A stretch of DNA of 64,000 nucleotides from positions 10,815 through 74,814 of the forward strand of contig JAQXBV010000090.1 of the NCBI GenBank assembly GCA_029252195.1, given 5' to 3'. This DNA comes from Yoonia sp. GTDB lineage: Bacteria > Pseudomonadota > Alphaproteobacteria > Rhodobacterales > Rhodobacteraceae. The position numbers and the translations under genes are program-made. The notes below the pieces were generated by a model, which did no database searches, was not told the DNA's origin, and saw only the letters and a program-made list of their open reading frames with translations. Shown piece after piece: positions 48,531 through 58,500 of this stretch. How positions within the stretch are numbered: position 1 is the stretch's first letter; each line of letters opens with the position of its first letter.

Positions 48531-49348
48531 ATGGGTTTTCCCGGCACTTGGATGACGTAAAGCGAAAGTGTGGTCTATCGGGTTGTCCCGAAATGCGCCT
48601 GCTCGACCATTGGCCAGATCATGTATTACTCGGATCACGGCACTTTTTTGATGGTGATATTCACGATGCGACCGACGGGATGCACAAATGGGCGATGGAC
48701 GCGAGCCAGCCGCTTATCACGACCAATGTGAAGCACCACAGCAGCTATTCCTTCACTTGCGTGCGCAATCCATACACAAGAATCCTGTCGTCGTTCTTCG
48801 ATAAGATCTGTGGCATCCAGCGCAACGGCAAACGCTATCGGGGCAATCTCGTGCCCCTGTTGATCCAGAAATACGGGATAGAGGTCGGCGACCCCGAGAC
48901 CGGCTTTGAATTCGACCAAATCAAATCGTTCCGCCGGTTCTTGCTGTTTGCCCGCGACACCATTCGCTGGCGTCGCCCGATGGAACCAGACATTCACTGG
49001 TCTGCCATGTCAGGCCACATATCGACCTTCATCGTGAACGGAGGATCCTATGACAAGATCATCTGGACCGAGAAATTCAACGACGGCATGCAAGAGGTTT
49101 TGGACAAGATCGAAACCCCGAGCAAAATCGACCTGTCCACGATCCCCCGCTTTAACGAAAGCGAAGGGCATGGCCCAAAACGCCTGCATCCTGTCGAAGA
49201 CTACTTTGACGATCTGTCCAAGCATCTGATGTGGGAAATGTACAAAAAGGATTTCCAACTGTTCAAATACGACTTTGACGATGCGCGCAATAAAATGCCC
49301 GTCGGCGAGATTGATTTGCACGAAGTGCATGCAAAACTAGGCGACTAG
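48531..49348 (+). pseudogene. Sulfotransferase-family (Sulfotransfer_2-type) gene with nonsense codon and frameshift
   Basis: ATG at 48531 reads MGFPGTWMT*SESVVYRVVPKCACSTIG (TAA 48558-48560; 5'-PSB-like PKCACST), then a -1 shift at the T-run near 48644-48649 into FFDGDIH...VRNPYTRILSSF (3'-PB motif). Confidence 0.85.
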
Positions 49349-49452
49349 GTCTGCAAGGCGCGAGACCGGCGGGCATGGCTATGTCCGCCGACGAGAAGCC
49401 GCTGCCACGCCTCTCGCGCCGCGCGACATGAGGCGAGCCGTGCAACGCCTGC

Positions 49453-49484
49453 CTTTTTCGAGCCCAAATATGCCCGCCTGAGGC
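49453..49484 (+). repeat. Repeat family B-related element
   Basis: CTTTTTCGAGCCCAAATATGCCCGCCTGAGGC. Confidence 0.45.
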
Positions 49485-49543
49485 ATCTTTCCCTCGCCTT
49501 GCCGCCGCGCCGCGCTAGCTAGCCGATGCGGGAAGGGAAATTC

Positions 49544-50254
49544 ATGACAACAGTATTGATTATTGGCTCAGGGCCGAATGCACTTGAGGCGCGCAAATGG
49601 GATCGCGGCCACTTTGACAAAGTGGTGGCCATCAATAACGCATGGCGCGTTCGCGATGACTGGGACCATTTGATCTTTCCAGAAGATTTCCCGGATGACC
49701 GGCGCCCAAAGCTGATTGCAAGCGACCAAACCCTGATTGAGGCCACAACCTTCGTCGCCCATCAAAACACCTTTGGCGGGTTTGTCTATGCTGGTGGCAC
49801 GATGGCATTCACGGCGGCCTATTGGGCGCTTGGGGCGCTCAAGCCGTCGGTCATTGCCATGATTGGCTGCGACATGACCTATGCGCAAAACGGGCCGACG
49901 CATTTTTACGGGCGCGGCACAGCGGACCCTTTACGCGACGACATCACACTGCGCTCGCTCCCCGCGAAGTCGGCCAGATTATCGGCACTTGCGGCGCGGG
50001 AAGGCTGTGCGATGGTCAACTTATCCTGCGCGCCCAGCCAGTTGACGTTCCCACGGGCGACACATTTGACCGCCGCCGCGCAGGTGCCCTTGCAACACAA
50101 TGCAACAGCGGTCGCGGCGGCCCTCCGGCAGGAGCGCGCCCTGAATTACTACGTCCCCTCAGGGAAATACTGGCACGACGTCAGCGAGTTTGATCCCCGC
50201 GAGGTTGACGCGCTTGACGCTATGTGGCTGGCGTCAGCCCTGCCTGCGCAATAA
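49544..50254 (+). CDS. Hypothetical protein with MAF_flag10/sialyltransferase-like motifs
   Basis: IIGSGPNA, VAINNAW, GTMAFTAAYWAL and IAMIGCDM; fold assignment is inference. Confidence 0.65.
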   Translation: MTTVLIIGSGPNALEARKWDRGHFDKVVAINNAWRVRDDWDHLIFPEDFPDDRRPKLIASDQTLIEATTFVAHQNTFGGFVYAGGTMAFTAAYWALGALKPSVIAMIGCDMTYAQNGPTHFYGRGTADPLRDDITLRSLPAKSARLSALAAREGCAMVNLSCAPSQLTFPRATHLTAAAQVPLQHNATAVAAALRQERALNYYVPSGKYWHDVSEFDPREVDALDAMWLASALPAQ

Positions 50255-51221
50255 GTACCGTCAGATCCGCCTCAGGCCGCGCGCCGATATGGCTAATCAC
50301 TTCAGCGGCGGCGATATTCCCGATATGGCCACAATCTGGAAGGCTGAACCCATGGGTCAATGCCCATAGAAAAGCCCCCGCAAAAAGATCGCCCGCACCC
50401 GTCGCATCGACGATCGTTATCGGGATCGCTGGCAGGTGCCAGCGGGCGCCCTGCGCCAAAACATGCGCGCCATTGCTGCCATCTGTGCAAGCCACGATCG
50501 CAACATGATCCGCCGCGCGTAAAAGTGCTGCGTCAAAATCATCGGTTTCATACATCGACAGCATCTCGGCGCGATTGCAAAACAGCAGGTCGACATCGTT
50601 TTGGATCATATCGCGAAACGCATCGCGGTGCCGGCTTATACAGAACGGATCAGAAAGCGTCAGGGACACGCGGCCCCCTGCCGCCTTGCAGGCCGCAATC
50701 GCCTTGGCGAAGGCCGCATGACTGTCAGGCCCGTCAAAACGGTAGCCCTCAAGATAGAGCCACTCGGAATCCGCCATTTGGGCTTCGTCGATATCGTCTG
50801 GCGTCAGGAATTCTGTCACCCCCAAATAGGTGTTCATCGACCGCTCGCCGTCAGGGGTCACGATAATCAGGCAGCGACCGGTTTCATCAGCCGCATCTTT
50901 TGGCGCAAACGTCGTCTCGTAAACCGCGCCCTGCGCGCGCAAGTCATGGGCGAAAATCGCGCCGAGCTGGTCGTCTTTGACCTTGCCGACATAGGCCGTG
51001 CGCCCGCCAAGATGGGCGATCCCCGCAATCGTATTGGCAGCAGAGCCACCAGAGACCTCACGCGCAGGACCGATGGACCCATAAAGCGTGACAGCGCGCT
51101 CCATATCAATAAGCTGCATGATCCCCTTTTCGATGCCAGCCTGCGCAAGAAAGCTATCATCTGCACGCGCCAGCACATCCACCATCGCATTACCGATGCC
51201 TACGACCTGAAACTTCTTCAT
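50220..51221 (-). CDS. PfkB-family kinase (adenosine kinase-like)
   Basis: GIGNAMVD, GGSAANT, ERSMNTYLG and DATGAGDLFAG. Confidence 0.92.
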   Translation of the reverse strand: MKKFQVVGIGNAMVDVLARADDSFLAQAGIEKGIMQLIDMERAVTLYGSIGPAREVSGGSAANTIAGIAHLGGRTAYVGKVKDDQLGAIFAHDLRAQGAVYETTFAPKDAADETGRCLIIVTPDGERSMNTYLGVTEFLTPDDIDEAQMADSEWLYLEGYRFDGPDSHAAFAKAIAACKAAGGRVSLTLSDPFCISRHRDAFRDMIQNDVDLLFCNRAEMLSMYETDDFDAALLRAADHVAIVACTDGSNGAHVLAQGARWHLPAIPITIVDATGAGDLFAGAFLWALTHGFSLPDCGHIGNIAAAEVISHIGARPEADLTVLIAQAGLTPAT

Positions 51222-51862
51222 AGGTTTTTATCCTCATATAGACATAGGTCGCGGATCAGACAGGCCGCGCATTTCGGTTTTCTGGCCACGCATGTATAGC
51301 GGCCATGCAGGATTAGCCAGTGATGGGCGTGCAATTGAAAATCGGCGGGGACGTGGTCTTCAACGGCGCGTTCAACCGCGTCCACATCTTTGCCCACGGC
51401 AATGCCGCTCCGATTGCCGACGCGGAAGATATGCGTATCCACGGCCTGCGCAGGTTGGCCCCACCACATGTTCAACACCACATTGGCGGTTTTGCGGCCT
51501 ACCCCGGGGAGTGACTGGAGCGCGGCCCGCGAATTGGGCACCTCACCGTCAAAGTCGTCCACGAGAATCTGGCTCATCTTGATGACGTTCTTGGCCTTTT
51601 GTCGAAATAGGCCAATCGTCTTGATATGCTCGGTCACGCCCTCAAGGCCCAGATCGAGCATCTTTTGCGGGGTGTCGGCAATCTTGAACAATTCGCGCGT
51701 CGCCTTGTTCACGCCCGCGTCCGTCGCTTGCGCCGACAGGGCCACCGCCACCACGAGCGTGTAGACGTTCACATGCTCCAGCTCGCCTTTCGGCTCTGCT
51801 TCGGCGGCGTGAAAGCGCTCGAAAATCTCGCGGATCGTTTTGTAATCGAGTTGTTTTACCAT
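51218..51862 (-). CDS. nth: Endonuclease III
   Basis: LSAQATD, LPGVGRKTA, AVDTH and CVARKPKCAACLIRDLC (4Fe-4S). Confidence 0.96.
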   Translation of the reverse strand: MVKQLDYKTIREIFERFHAAEAEPKGELEHVNVYTLVVAVALSAQATDAGVNKATRELFKIADTPQKMLDLGLEGVTEHIKTIGLFRQKAKNVIKMSQILVDDFDGEVPNSRAALQSLPGVGRKTANVVLNMWWGQPAQAVDTHIFRVGNRSGIAVGKDVDAVERAVEDHVPADFQLHAHHWLILHGRYTCVARKPKCAACLIRDLCLYEDKNL

Positions 51863-51924
51863 GGCACAATCTATGCGCAATTTTCGGGTCGCGGGCAACC
51901 AGTGCCTTGGCCTAGAGTGGCGTC

Positions 51925-52764
51925 ATGGAACAGCAAAACGCATATCATTACGATGTCATGCGTCGGGCCATCGATTACATCGATGGGGCGGCGGGACCGC
52001 AGATCGGCCTTGCCGATCTGGCCACCCAGATGAACATGAGCCCAGCCCATTTTCAGCGGCTCTTCTCGCAGTGGGTCGGCGTTTCACCAAAGCGCTACCA
52101 GCAGTATTTGCAGCTCGATCACGCCAAGTCCCTGCTGGCCGAGCGGTTCACCACCTTGGAAACCGCTGACGCCATTGGCCTGTCCGGCTCTGGCCGCTTG
52201 CACGACCTCTTTGTGCGCTGGGAAGCCATGAGCCCCGGTGACTTCGCCCGCGCAGGTGAAGGTCTGACGATCAACTACGGTTGGTTCGGCAGCCCCTTTG
52301 GCCCTGCCCTCTCCATGGGCACGGATCGCGGTATCTGCGGGCTCGCTTTTGCCGCTGAATTCGGGCATCAGGTTGCCATGGCTGATCTGCGCGGCCGCTG
52401 GCCCAAGGCGACCTTTGTCGAGAACCCCGGGGCGATTGCGCAATGGACCACCGCCGCCCTTGGCCTGTCTGGCGACACCGCCCTGCATATGATTGGCGCG
52501 CCATTTCAGCTACAGGTCTGGGAGGCCTTGCTGCGCATCCCCTCTGGCCATGTGACCACCTATTCCGAAATAGCCCAGTCCATTGGCCGCCCCAAAGCCG
52601 TACGCGCTGTGGGCACGGCCGTCGGGCGCAATCCTGTGAGCCTGCTTATTCCGTGTCACCGTGCCCTACGCAAATCGGGGGCGCTTGGGGGGTATCATTG
52701 GGGGCTTCCAGTCAAGCGCGCCTTACTTGCATGGGAATCGGCACGCAACGACAGTGCCGCATAA
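51925..52764 (+). CDS. ada: AraC-HTH / methylated-DNA-protein-cysteine methyltransferase (Ada-like)
   Basis: HTH with HFQRLFSQWVGVSPKRY; active-site PCHR; VRAVG. Confidence 0.88.
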   Translation: MEQQNAYHYDVMRRAIDYIDGAAGPQIGLADLATQMNMSPAHFQRLFSQWVGVSPKRYQQYLQLDHAKSLLAERFTTLETADAIGLSGSGRLHDLFVRWEAMSPGDFARAGEGLTINYGWFGSPFGPALSMGTDRGICGLAFAAEFGHQVAMADLRGRWPKATFVENPGAIAQWTTAALGLSGDTALHMIGAPFQLQVWEALLRIPSGHVTTYSEIAQSIGRPKAVRAVGTAVGRNPVSLLIPCHRALRKSGALGGYHWGLPVKRALLAWESARNDSAA

Positions 52765-52769
52765 GGCAG

Positions 52770-52794
52770 AAAACAGCGGAAATCCGCTGTTTTT
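52770..52794 (+). terminator. Intrinsic terminator after ada
   Basis: AAAACAGCGG-AAAT-CCGCTGTTTTT. Confidence 0.75.
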
Positions 52795-52895
52795 GGGAAC
52801 GTTATTGGATAGCAATCGCGAATAGGTCATATCAGTTCTCATCCACATCGCGCCACGGCGCATCCATATCGATCGGAACCCAAGATATGACTATT

Positions 52896-53537
52896 ATGAA
52901 ACTCCCCCTCGTCCTCGCTGCCGCGACAATGACCTTTGTCGGGGCCTGCACAGAAACCAGCCCGAACGGCGGCCAGCAGGCGCGCAACGGCGCCGCCATC
53001 GGCGCAGGTCTCGGCGTGCTCGCAGGAATCGCAACAGGTGACAGCGTCGAAGAGCGTCGCTCGAACGCAATCAAGGCCGGGCTTATCGGCGGGCTTGTTG
53101 GTGCAGGGATCGGCAACGAACTGGACAAGCAAGAAGAAGAACTGCGCGCGCAAATGGGTGGCAATGTCGGCATCGTAAACAACGGCACAAACCTTGTGGT
53201 CACGCTGCCGCAAGACATTCTGTTTGACACAGATTCAACCACAGTCTCGGGCGCATCGCAGAACGATCTTTACACATTGGCCCGCTCGATCAACCGCTAC
53301 CCCAACAGCACCGTCAACGTTGTCGGGCATACGGATAGCACAGGGGACGCGTCCTATAACTTTGACCTCTCGCAGCGCCGTGCCCAAGCGGTCGCTTCGG
53401 TCCTTATGAATGGCGGCGTCGCCCCTCAGCGGATCCGCTCCATCGGGCGCGGCGAGGATCAACCGGTTGCGTCCAACGCAACACCGGCAGGGCGGTCGCA
53501 AAACCGCCGTGTTGAGATCATCATCACACCGAACTAA
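52896..53537 (+). CDS. OmpA-family lipoprotein (YiaD-like)
   Basis: Lipobox VGAC, glycine zipper, GHTD...NFDLSQRRA...NRRVEI. Confidence 0.93.
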   Translation: MKLPLVLAAATMTFVGACTETSPNGGQQARNGAAIGAGLGVLAGIATGDSVEERRSNAIKAGLIGGLVGAGIGNELDKQEEELRAQMGGNVGIVNNGTNLVVTLPQDILFDTDSTTVSGASQNDLYTLARSINRYPNSTVNVVGHTDSTGDASYNFDLSQRRAQAVASVLMNGGVAPQRIRSIGRGEDQPVASNATPAGRSQNRRVEIIITPN

Positions 53538-53559
53538 TCCAACTGTTGGGTCGAACGGG

Positions 53560-53588
53560 AAAGGGGTCGCATCTTGCGGCCCCTTTTT
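53560..53588 (+). terminator. Intrinsic terminator after the OmpA gene
   Basis: AAAGGGGTCGC-ATCTT-GCGGCCCCTTTTT. Confidence 0.75.
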
Positions 53589-53608
53589 CATTGCTGAAGC
53601 CCCCGCTT

Positions 53609-53627
53609 TGGTCATACAATCTGACCA
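53609..53627. promoter_or_regulatory. Palindromic operator upstream of the GntR gene
   Basis: TGGTCA-TACAATC-TGACCA; encloses a TACAAT -10-like hexamer. Confidence 0.6.
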
Positions 53628-53647
53628 ATATCAAGTGGAGCCCCCTC

Positions 53648-54415
53648 ATGCCATTCGAGCCGATCCATCAAGAAAAAGTATCGATGAGCGTCGTGCGTCA
53701 GATCGAGGGACTGATCCTGCGCGGCATCTTACGTCCAGGTGAGCGGCTGCCCTCAGAGCGGGAACTCAGCGAGCGGATGGGCGTCTCAAGGCCCTCTCTG
53801 CGTGAGGCCTTGAGCGACCTGCAGGACAGGGACCTTCTGGCCAGCCGCGCAGGCGCAGGCGTCTTTGTTGCCGATGTCTTGGGCAGCGCCTTTGCACCCG
53901 CATTGGTCAAACTGTTCTCGTCCCATGATGAAGCGGTCTTTGACTACATCAGCTTTCGACGTGACATGGAAGGATTGGCGGCAGAGCGTGCGGCCCGTTT
54001 GGGCTCTGACATGGACCTCAAGGTGATCGACACCATTTTCAATAAAATGGAAACCGCGCATTCCAAAAGAAACCCCGCAGACGAGGCGCATCTGGACGCG
54101 GACTTTCACCTCGCCATCATCGAGGCCAGCCATAACATCATCATGCTGCATATGATGCGGTCGATGTATGAACTCCTACGCGAGGGCGTTTTCTACAACC
54201 GTGCCATCATGTTCAAACAGCGCACGACCCGCGACACGCTGCTCGACCAGCATCGAGCCATCAACGACGCATTGCAGGCGCGCGATCCTGTCCGCGCACG
54301 CACAGCCGTCGAAGCACATCTGAGCTTTGTCGAGGCATCACTGACGGACCAGCAAAAAGCAGACCGGAACGAGAGCTTTGCAGCCAAACGCTTTGAACAC
54401 GAAAGCAACCGCTGA
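53648..54415 (+). CDS. GntR/FadR-family regulator (GlcC/PdhR/LldR-like)
   Basis: PGERLPSERELSERMGVSRPSLREAL HTH; FCD domain DADFHLAI...HRAI. Confidence 0.92.
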   Translation: MPFEPIHQEKVSMSVVRQIEGLILRGILRPGERLPSERELSERMGVSRPSLREALSDLQDRDLLASRAGAGVFVADVLGSAFAPALVKLFSSHDEAVFDYISFRRDMEGLAAERAARLGSDMDLKVIDTIFNKMETAHSKRNPADEAHLDADFHLAIIEASHNIIMLHMMRSMYELLREGVFYNRAIMFKQRTTRDTLLDQHRAINDALQARDPVRARTAVEAHLSFVEASLTDQQKADRNESFAAKRFEHESNR

Positions 54416-54475
54416 CGACGAAAGGCCCTCCTCACATTCTGGCGGGCGGACAGATAGCCGAGCAGGACGCAAGAA

Positions 54476-54504
54476 AAAAGCCCAGCCAAATTGGCCAGGC
54501 TTTT
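54476..54504 (-). terminator. Terminator of the Fo operon
   Basis: Minus strand AAAAGCCTGGCC-AATTT-GGCTGGGCTTTTTT. Confidence 0.7.
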
Positions 54505-54528
54505 GAGGTTAGTCGAGCATGTCAGATG

Positions 54529-55086
54529 TTAGTGAAGCTTGGCTTCAACATCCGCAATGGCAGCATCGATCAGCGCGTTGCCTGCTTTTGCGTCCATCTG
54601 GGCTGCAATCACATCTTTCGCAGCAGCGACAGCGACAACAACAGCCTGATCCTTGACAGCCTTAATCGCAGAGGCTTTCGCACTGCCGATCTGCTCTTCA
54701 GCAGCCGCCAAACGACGTGTGATCGAGTTCGCGATATCCGCTTTTGCAGTCTCGGCAGCAGTTGCAGCCTCGTCCTTCGCGGTTGCAACGATACGATCAG
54801 CTTGCGCCTGCACTTCCTTTTGCTTGCGCTCATAAGAGGCGAGCAAGGACTGGGCCTCTTCGCGCAAAGCCTTGGCTTCGTCCAGCTCGGACTTAATCGC
54901 AGCAGAACGGCCATCAAGCATGTCGCCAATCTTGGACGGCACTTTGAAATAGATCAAAATCCCGATGAACAGCAAGAACGCCAAAAGAACGATAAAGTTG
55001 GTGTTCTTAAGCGACACAAATGGGCCAGTTGCCGCAAATGCTGGCGATGCAAACACAGTCATCAGGGCGGCGGTCAGATATTTCAT
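54529..55086 (-). CDS. atpF: ATP synthase Fo subunit b
   Basis: One TM helix then a long coiled coil; operon position. Confidence 0.93.
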   Translation of the reverse strand: MKYLTAALMTVFASPAFAATGPFVSLKNTNFIVLLAFLLFIGILIYFKVPSKIGDMLDGRSAAIKSELDEAKALREEAQSLLASYERKQKEVQAQADRIVATAKDEAATAAETAKADIANSITRRLAAAEEQIGSAKASAIKAVKDQAVVVAVAAAKDVIAAQMDAKAGNALIDAAIADVEAKLH

Positions 55087-55090
55087 GTCC

Positions 55091-55618
55091 TTAACCCTTC
55101 ATGCGTGCAGCGACGGCTGCGGTGATTGTTTTCGTATCAGCCGTGCCACCAAATGCCGCAACCAATTCCTTGGTTGTGTCTTTGGCGACTTGCGTCACGT
55201 TCTTAACGGCGCCATCACGGATTTCCGCTATCGCAGCTTCGCTTTCAGCAGACTTCGCTGCGATCTTTTTGTCAGCTTTCTTCAGCTCTACATCAAGTTC
55301 GGCCTGAATATCAGCCTTGGCTTCTGCAACAATCGCATTGGCCTGCGCACGCGCATCTGCAAGGGCCTTTTCATAGGCGGCCTCTGCTTCAACAGCTTTT
55401 TGCTTTAGCTCTTCGGCTGCGGCAATATCATTCGTAATTGTGCCCGAGCGTTCCGCCAGAACCGCGCTAATGCGTGGCAGTGCGATGCGCGACAGCACAA
55501 GGTAAATCACCACTAGGGTGACTACGAGCCAGAAAATCTGGTTCGGAAAGGTCGAGAAGTCCAGCTGCGGCATACCCGCAGAAGCTTCCACCCCGTGTTC
55601 GACAGTCTCTGTTGCCAT
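55091..55618 (-). CDS. atpF2: ATP synthase Fo subunit b'
   Basis: [16 protein letters not shown] signature. Confidence 0.93.
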   Translation of the reverse strand: MATETVEHGVEASAGMPQLDFSTFPNQIFWLVVTLVVIYLVLSRIALPRISAVLAERSGTITNDIAAAEELKQKAVEAEAAYEKALADARAQANAIVAEAKADIQAELDVELKKADKKIAAKSAESEAAIAEIRDGAVKNVTQVAKDTTKELVAAFGGTADTKTITAAVAARMKG

Positions 55619-55701
55619 GGTGGCCCCCGATTACCTTTGGTTTTACCGACCTGCGCACCCGTTTGGAGCGCGCAAATCAGCCGTAAGGATAACGGTTTTA
55701 A

Positions 55702-55941
55702 TTATACAGCGAACATCAACAGCAGAGCGACGAGGAACGAGAAGATCCCCAGAGCTTCTGCGAATGCGAGGCCGATGAACAGTGTTGCAGTCTGCGATGC
55801 AGCTGCGGATGGGTTGCGCAATGCGCCTGCGAGGTAGTTACCAGCGACGTGACCAACACCGATTGCGGCTGCGCCGGAACCGATTGCTGCGAGGCCTGCG
55901 CCGATGAATTTGCCGAGTGCGGCTGCTGCTACGAGTTCCAT
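55702..55941 (-). CDS. atpE: ATP synthase Fo subunit c
   Basis: [11 protein letters not shown] loop and FAEALGIF with the proton-binding Glu. Confidence 0.96.
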   Translation of the reverse strand: MELVAAAALGKFIGAGLAAIGSGAAAIGVGHVAGNYLAGALRNPSAAASQTATLFIGLAFAEALGIFSFLVALLLMFAV

Positions 55942-55987
55942 GAGATTCTCCTTACGATGGAATGTATGTTGTAGTGACGGATCGGAC

Positions 55988-56746
55988 TTAGTGCGCGGGG
56001 TGCAAAGCATCCTTGAGGTATACACAAGTCAGAATGGTGAAAACGTAGGCCTGAATACCGGCCACCAAAACCTCAAGTCCATAAATGGCGGTGATCGCCA
56101 GAATGGACACGGGGCTGATGGCTGCGATGGCAGCAAAACCTGCGAAAACTTTGATAACTGCGTGGCCGGCCATGACGTTACCCGCAAGACGGATAGAGTG
56201 GCTCACAGGGCGCACGAAGTAAGAAATAAGCTCGATGATCGCGATGACGGGTCGCAGTACGAGCGGCGCGTCTTTCATCCAGAACAAGCCAAGGAAAGCA
56301 GGTCCGTTCAGCACGAAACCCAGAACAGTGACACAGATGAACACACCGAAACCGAGAACCGCAGTGACCGCAATGTGGCTTGTTGTGGTGAACGACATTG
56401 GGATCAAGCCAAGGAAGTTCGCGAAAAGTATAAAGAGGAACAGCGTCATGATGTAAGGGAAGTACTTCACACCATCCTTACCAGTGACGTCCTCAACCAT
56501 CTTGTAAACGAAGCCGTACATCAGCTCGCCGACCGACTGGATACGCGATGGAACGATTGCGCGACCGCGGCTGCCCAGAACAAACAATGCAACGATGCAA
56601 AGAACAGCAATTGCCATCCAAAGTGTCACGTTTGTTGGCGTGTACCAATGGATCGGGCCTTCGCCGAACAACGGCTTGACGATGAATTGATCCAGCGGGT
56701 GGAAAACCAACCCAGTATCTTCAGCAGCGTGCGTCTCAGTTGCCAC
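55988..56746 (-). CDS. atpB: ATP synthase Fo subunit a
   Basis: [17 protein letters not shown] and [10 protein letters not shown]; GTG start at 56746. Confidence 0.96.
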   Translation of the reverse strand: MATETHAAEDTGLVFHPLDQFIVKPLFGEGPIHWYTPTNVTLWMAIAVLCIVALFVLGSRGRAIVPSRIQSVGELMYGFVYKMVEDVTGKDGVKYFPYIMTLFLFILFANFLGLIPMSFTTTSHIAVTAVLGFGVFICVTVLGFVLNGPAFLGLFWMKDAPLVLRPVIAIIELISYFVRPVSHSIRLAGNVMAGHAVIKVFAGFAAIAAISPVSILAITAIYGLEVLVAGIQAYVFTILTCVYLKDALHPAH

Positions 56747-57086
56747 GGTTTTCACCCTCATGTTCGTTGGCGGCTGCCAACTGTTTTCTCTGCACTTCCT
56801 GCGCCGATCGCATCATGGTTTTGACACCAGCCGCGAGGCCCAGAAAAATAAATATCACCAGGAAAATCGGAAGCGTTCCAAAGAACTGATCCAAACTATA
56901 CCCAATGCCAAATCCGATCCCAAGACCGGCAACTAATTCGATCACCATGCGCCAAGCGAGTTGTGCCTGACTATAGCTCTCATCTCCGTGCTCTTTGACG
57001 TATTCTGTCTTCTTTGCCGCCGCCAGTTTGGCCTCAAGCGCCTTTAGTCGGGCGCCATCATCTACTGGATCGTGTGGCTCGGACAT
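56736..57086 (-). CDS. atpI: ATP synthase accessory protein AtpI/AtpZ
   Basis: [11 protein letters not shown]...[12 protein letters not shown]; first gene of the Fo operon. Confidence 0.88.
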   Translation of the reverse strand: MSEPHDPVDDGARLKALEAKLAAAKKTEYVKEHGDESYSQAQLAWRMVIELVAGLGIGFGIGYSLDQFFGTLPIFLVIFIFLGLAAGVKTMMRSAQEVQRKQLAAANEHEGENRGN

Positions 57087-57295
57087 CAGTTTCAAAATCC
57101 CACGAAGTGTTGCGCAGGGTTTAGGGCGACCAGCGCAATGAGTCAAGCAAGCGATGCGATGCGATAACCATCTGTTTTCAAGCATTAAATGCGGAGGTGC
57201 GACACTTTGGATTATCCAACTTTCGGGCCCTGATGCCAGAAACGTTATTCAACCAAATGGTTGACGTTTACCGCTACTGGGGCTTAATCGCCGCT

Positions 57296-57619
57296 ATGAC
57301 AGATCAACTTGACGCCACCTTCGCGGCCCTTGCCGACCCGACCCGCCGCGCGATCCTCGCGATGCTGCTGGAGGACGATATGGCCGTCACGGACGTCGCC
57401 GAACCTTTTTCCATGTCACTGGCTGCGATTTCCAAACACCTTACCGTGCTCACCGCCGCTGGCCTGATCTCTCAGGAAAAGCGGGGCCGTGTGAAATGGT
57501 GCAAGCTGGAGCCTGACGCCCTGCGCTCTGCCTCGGTCTGGATGCAAGGCTTTGGCCAGATGGACGCGATTGATCTGGATGCGTTTGAGGCCTTTCTGGC
57601 GCAAGAACTCCCCAGCTAG
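57296..57619 (+). CDS. ArsR/SmtB-family transcriptional regulator
   Basis: FAALADPTRRAIL and SKHLTVL...AGLI. Confidence 0.9.
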   Translation: MTDQLDATFAALADPTRRAILAMLLEDDMAVTDVAEPFSMSLAAISKHLTVLTAAGLISQEKRGRVKWCKLEPDALRSASVWMQGFGQMDAIDLDAFEAFLAQELPS

Positions 57620-58500
57620 CCCTCGTCGCGCAATAACAAGACCAGCGCAATTATCGTCAACGCGACGCCGCCAAGCACCGCCAGCGGCGGCATTTGCGCG
57701 CCCAAGGCAATGCTCCAGATGATCACCCATGACGGGACCAGATAGGTATAGGCCATGACCTTTGCCGCAGGCAGGCGCATCGCAGAGAACTGCAACAAGG
57801 TGACTGTCGCTGCACTGGCAAAAACCGCCGTATAGAGGATCGTCAGCCAGACCACGCTGGGCAAATGCGCCCAATCGGTGCTGCTCAAATCCGACCAGCC
57901 GACAAGTGTCAAAATCACCGCCCCCGTGAGCAGCGTACCAAAGGCAAAGACCAAGGCGCTCTCGCCGCGGTTCAGCTTACGTACCAACGGCGTATATAGC
58001 GCATGGCTCACGCAGCCGATAAAATAGATCATCTCGCCACGCCCGACCTCAAACCGCAAGAGCGCCGCGACATCTGCGCGGAAAATGACCCAAAGCGCAC
58101 CAATGGCCCCAATCGCCAACGCCAGCTTGATCCGGCGGTGCATTCGCTGCCCCAACAAAAGCCACCCAAACCCCGCCGCCATGACTGGGGTGAGCGTAAA
58201 GACCGCAGCCGCACTGACTGATGGCGCTGTTTTCAACCCTTCGAACATCATGACGAAGTAGAAGGTAAAGATCGAGGCTAACACCACATAGCGCCAAGGT
58301 GCGTCGAGCGCCGCCCTCGGCACGCCGCCACGCATCAAAACCAAGGCGCCAATAATCGCCGCCGCGATCCAGAACCGCACCGTGTTGAGCGCCAGCGGCG
58401 TGATGTCATTGGCGGCCAAGACGCCAAGCGCAAATGACCCTGCGACAAGCATCGAAAAGGCCAACATTGCCACATGGCCGCTACGGGCCTCTGGCGTCAT
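57616..58500 (-). CDS. DMT/EamA-family transporter
   Basis: About 10 TM helices in two EamA repeats. Confidence 0.88.
   Translation of the reverse strand: MTPEARSGHVAMLAFSMLVAGSFALGVLAANDITPLALNTVRFWIAAAIIGALVLMRGGVPRAALDAPWRYVVLASIFTFYFVMMFEGLKTAPSVSAAAVFTLTPVMAAGFGWLLLGQRMHRRIKLALAIGAIGALWVIFRADVAALLRFEVGRGEMIYFIGCVSHALYTPLVRKLNRGESALVFAFGTLLTGAVILTLVGWSDLSSTDWAHLPSVVWLTILYTAVFASAATVTLLQFSAMRLPAAKVMAYTYLVPSWVIIWSIALGAQMPPLAVLGGVALTIIALVLLLRDEG

Noticed and set aside
3004-48560. Stop-codon reassignment or programmed readthrough explaining the in-frame stops
   Set aside because: The stops are mixed (one TAG, three TAA), TAA and TAG terminate many normal genes here, no SECIS/PYLIS-like context was seen, and frameshifts co-occur.
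54529-57086. Fo genes without F1 genes, and two b-type subunits
   Set aside because: Split Fo/F1 operons and b/b' heterodimers are normal in Alphaproteobacteria.
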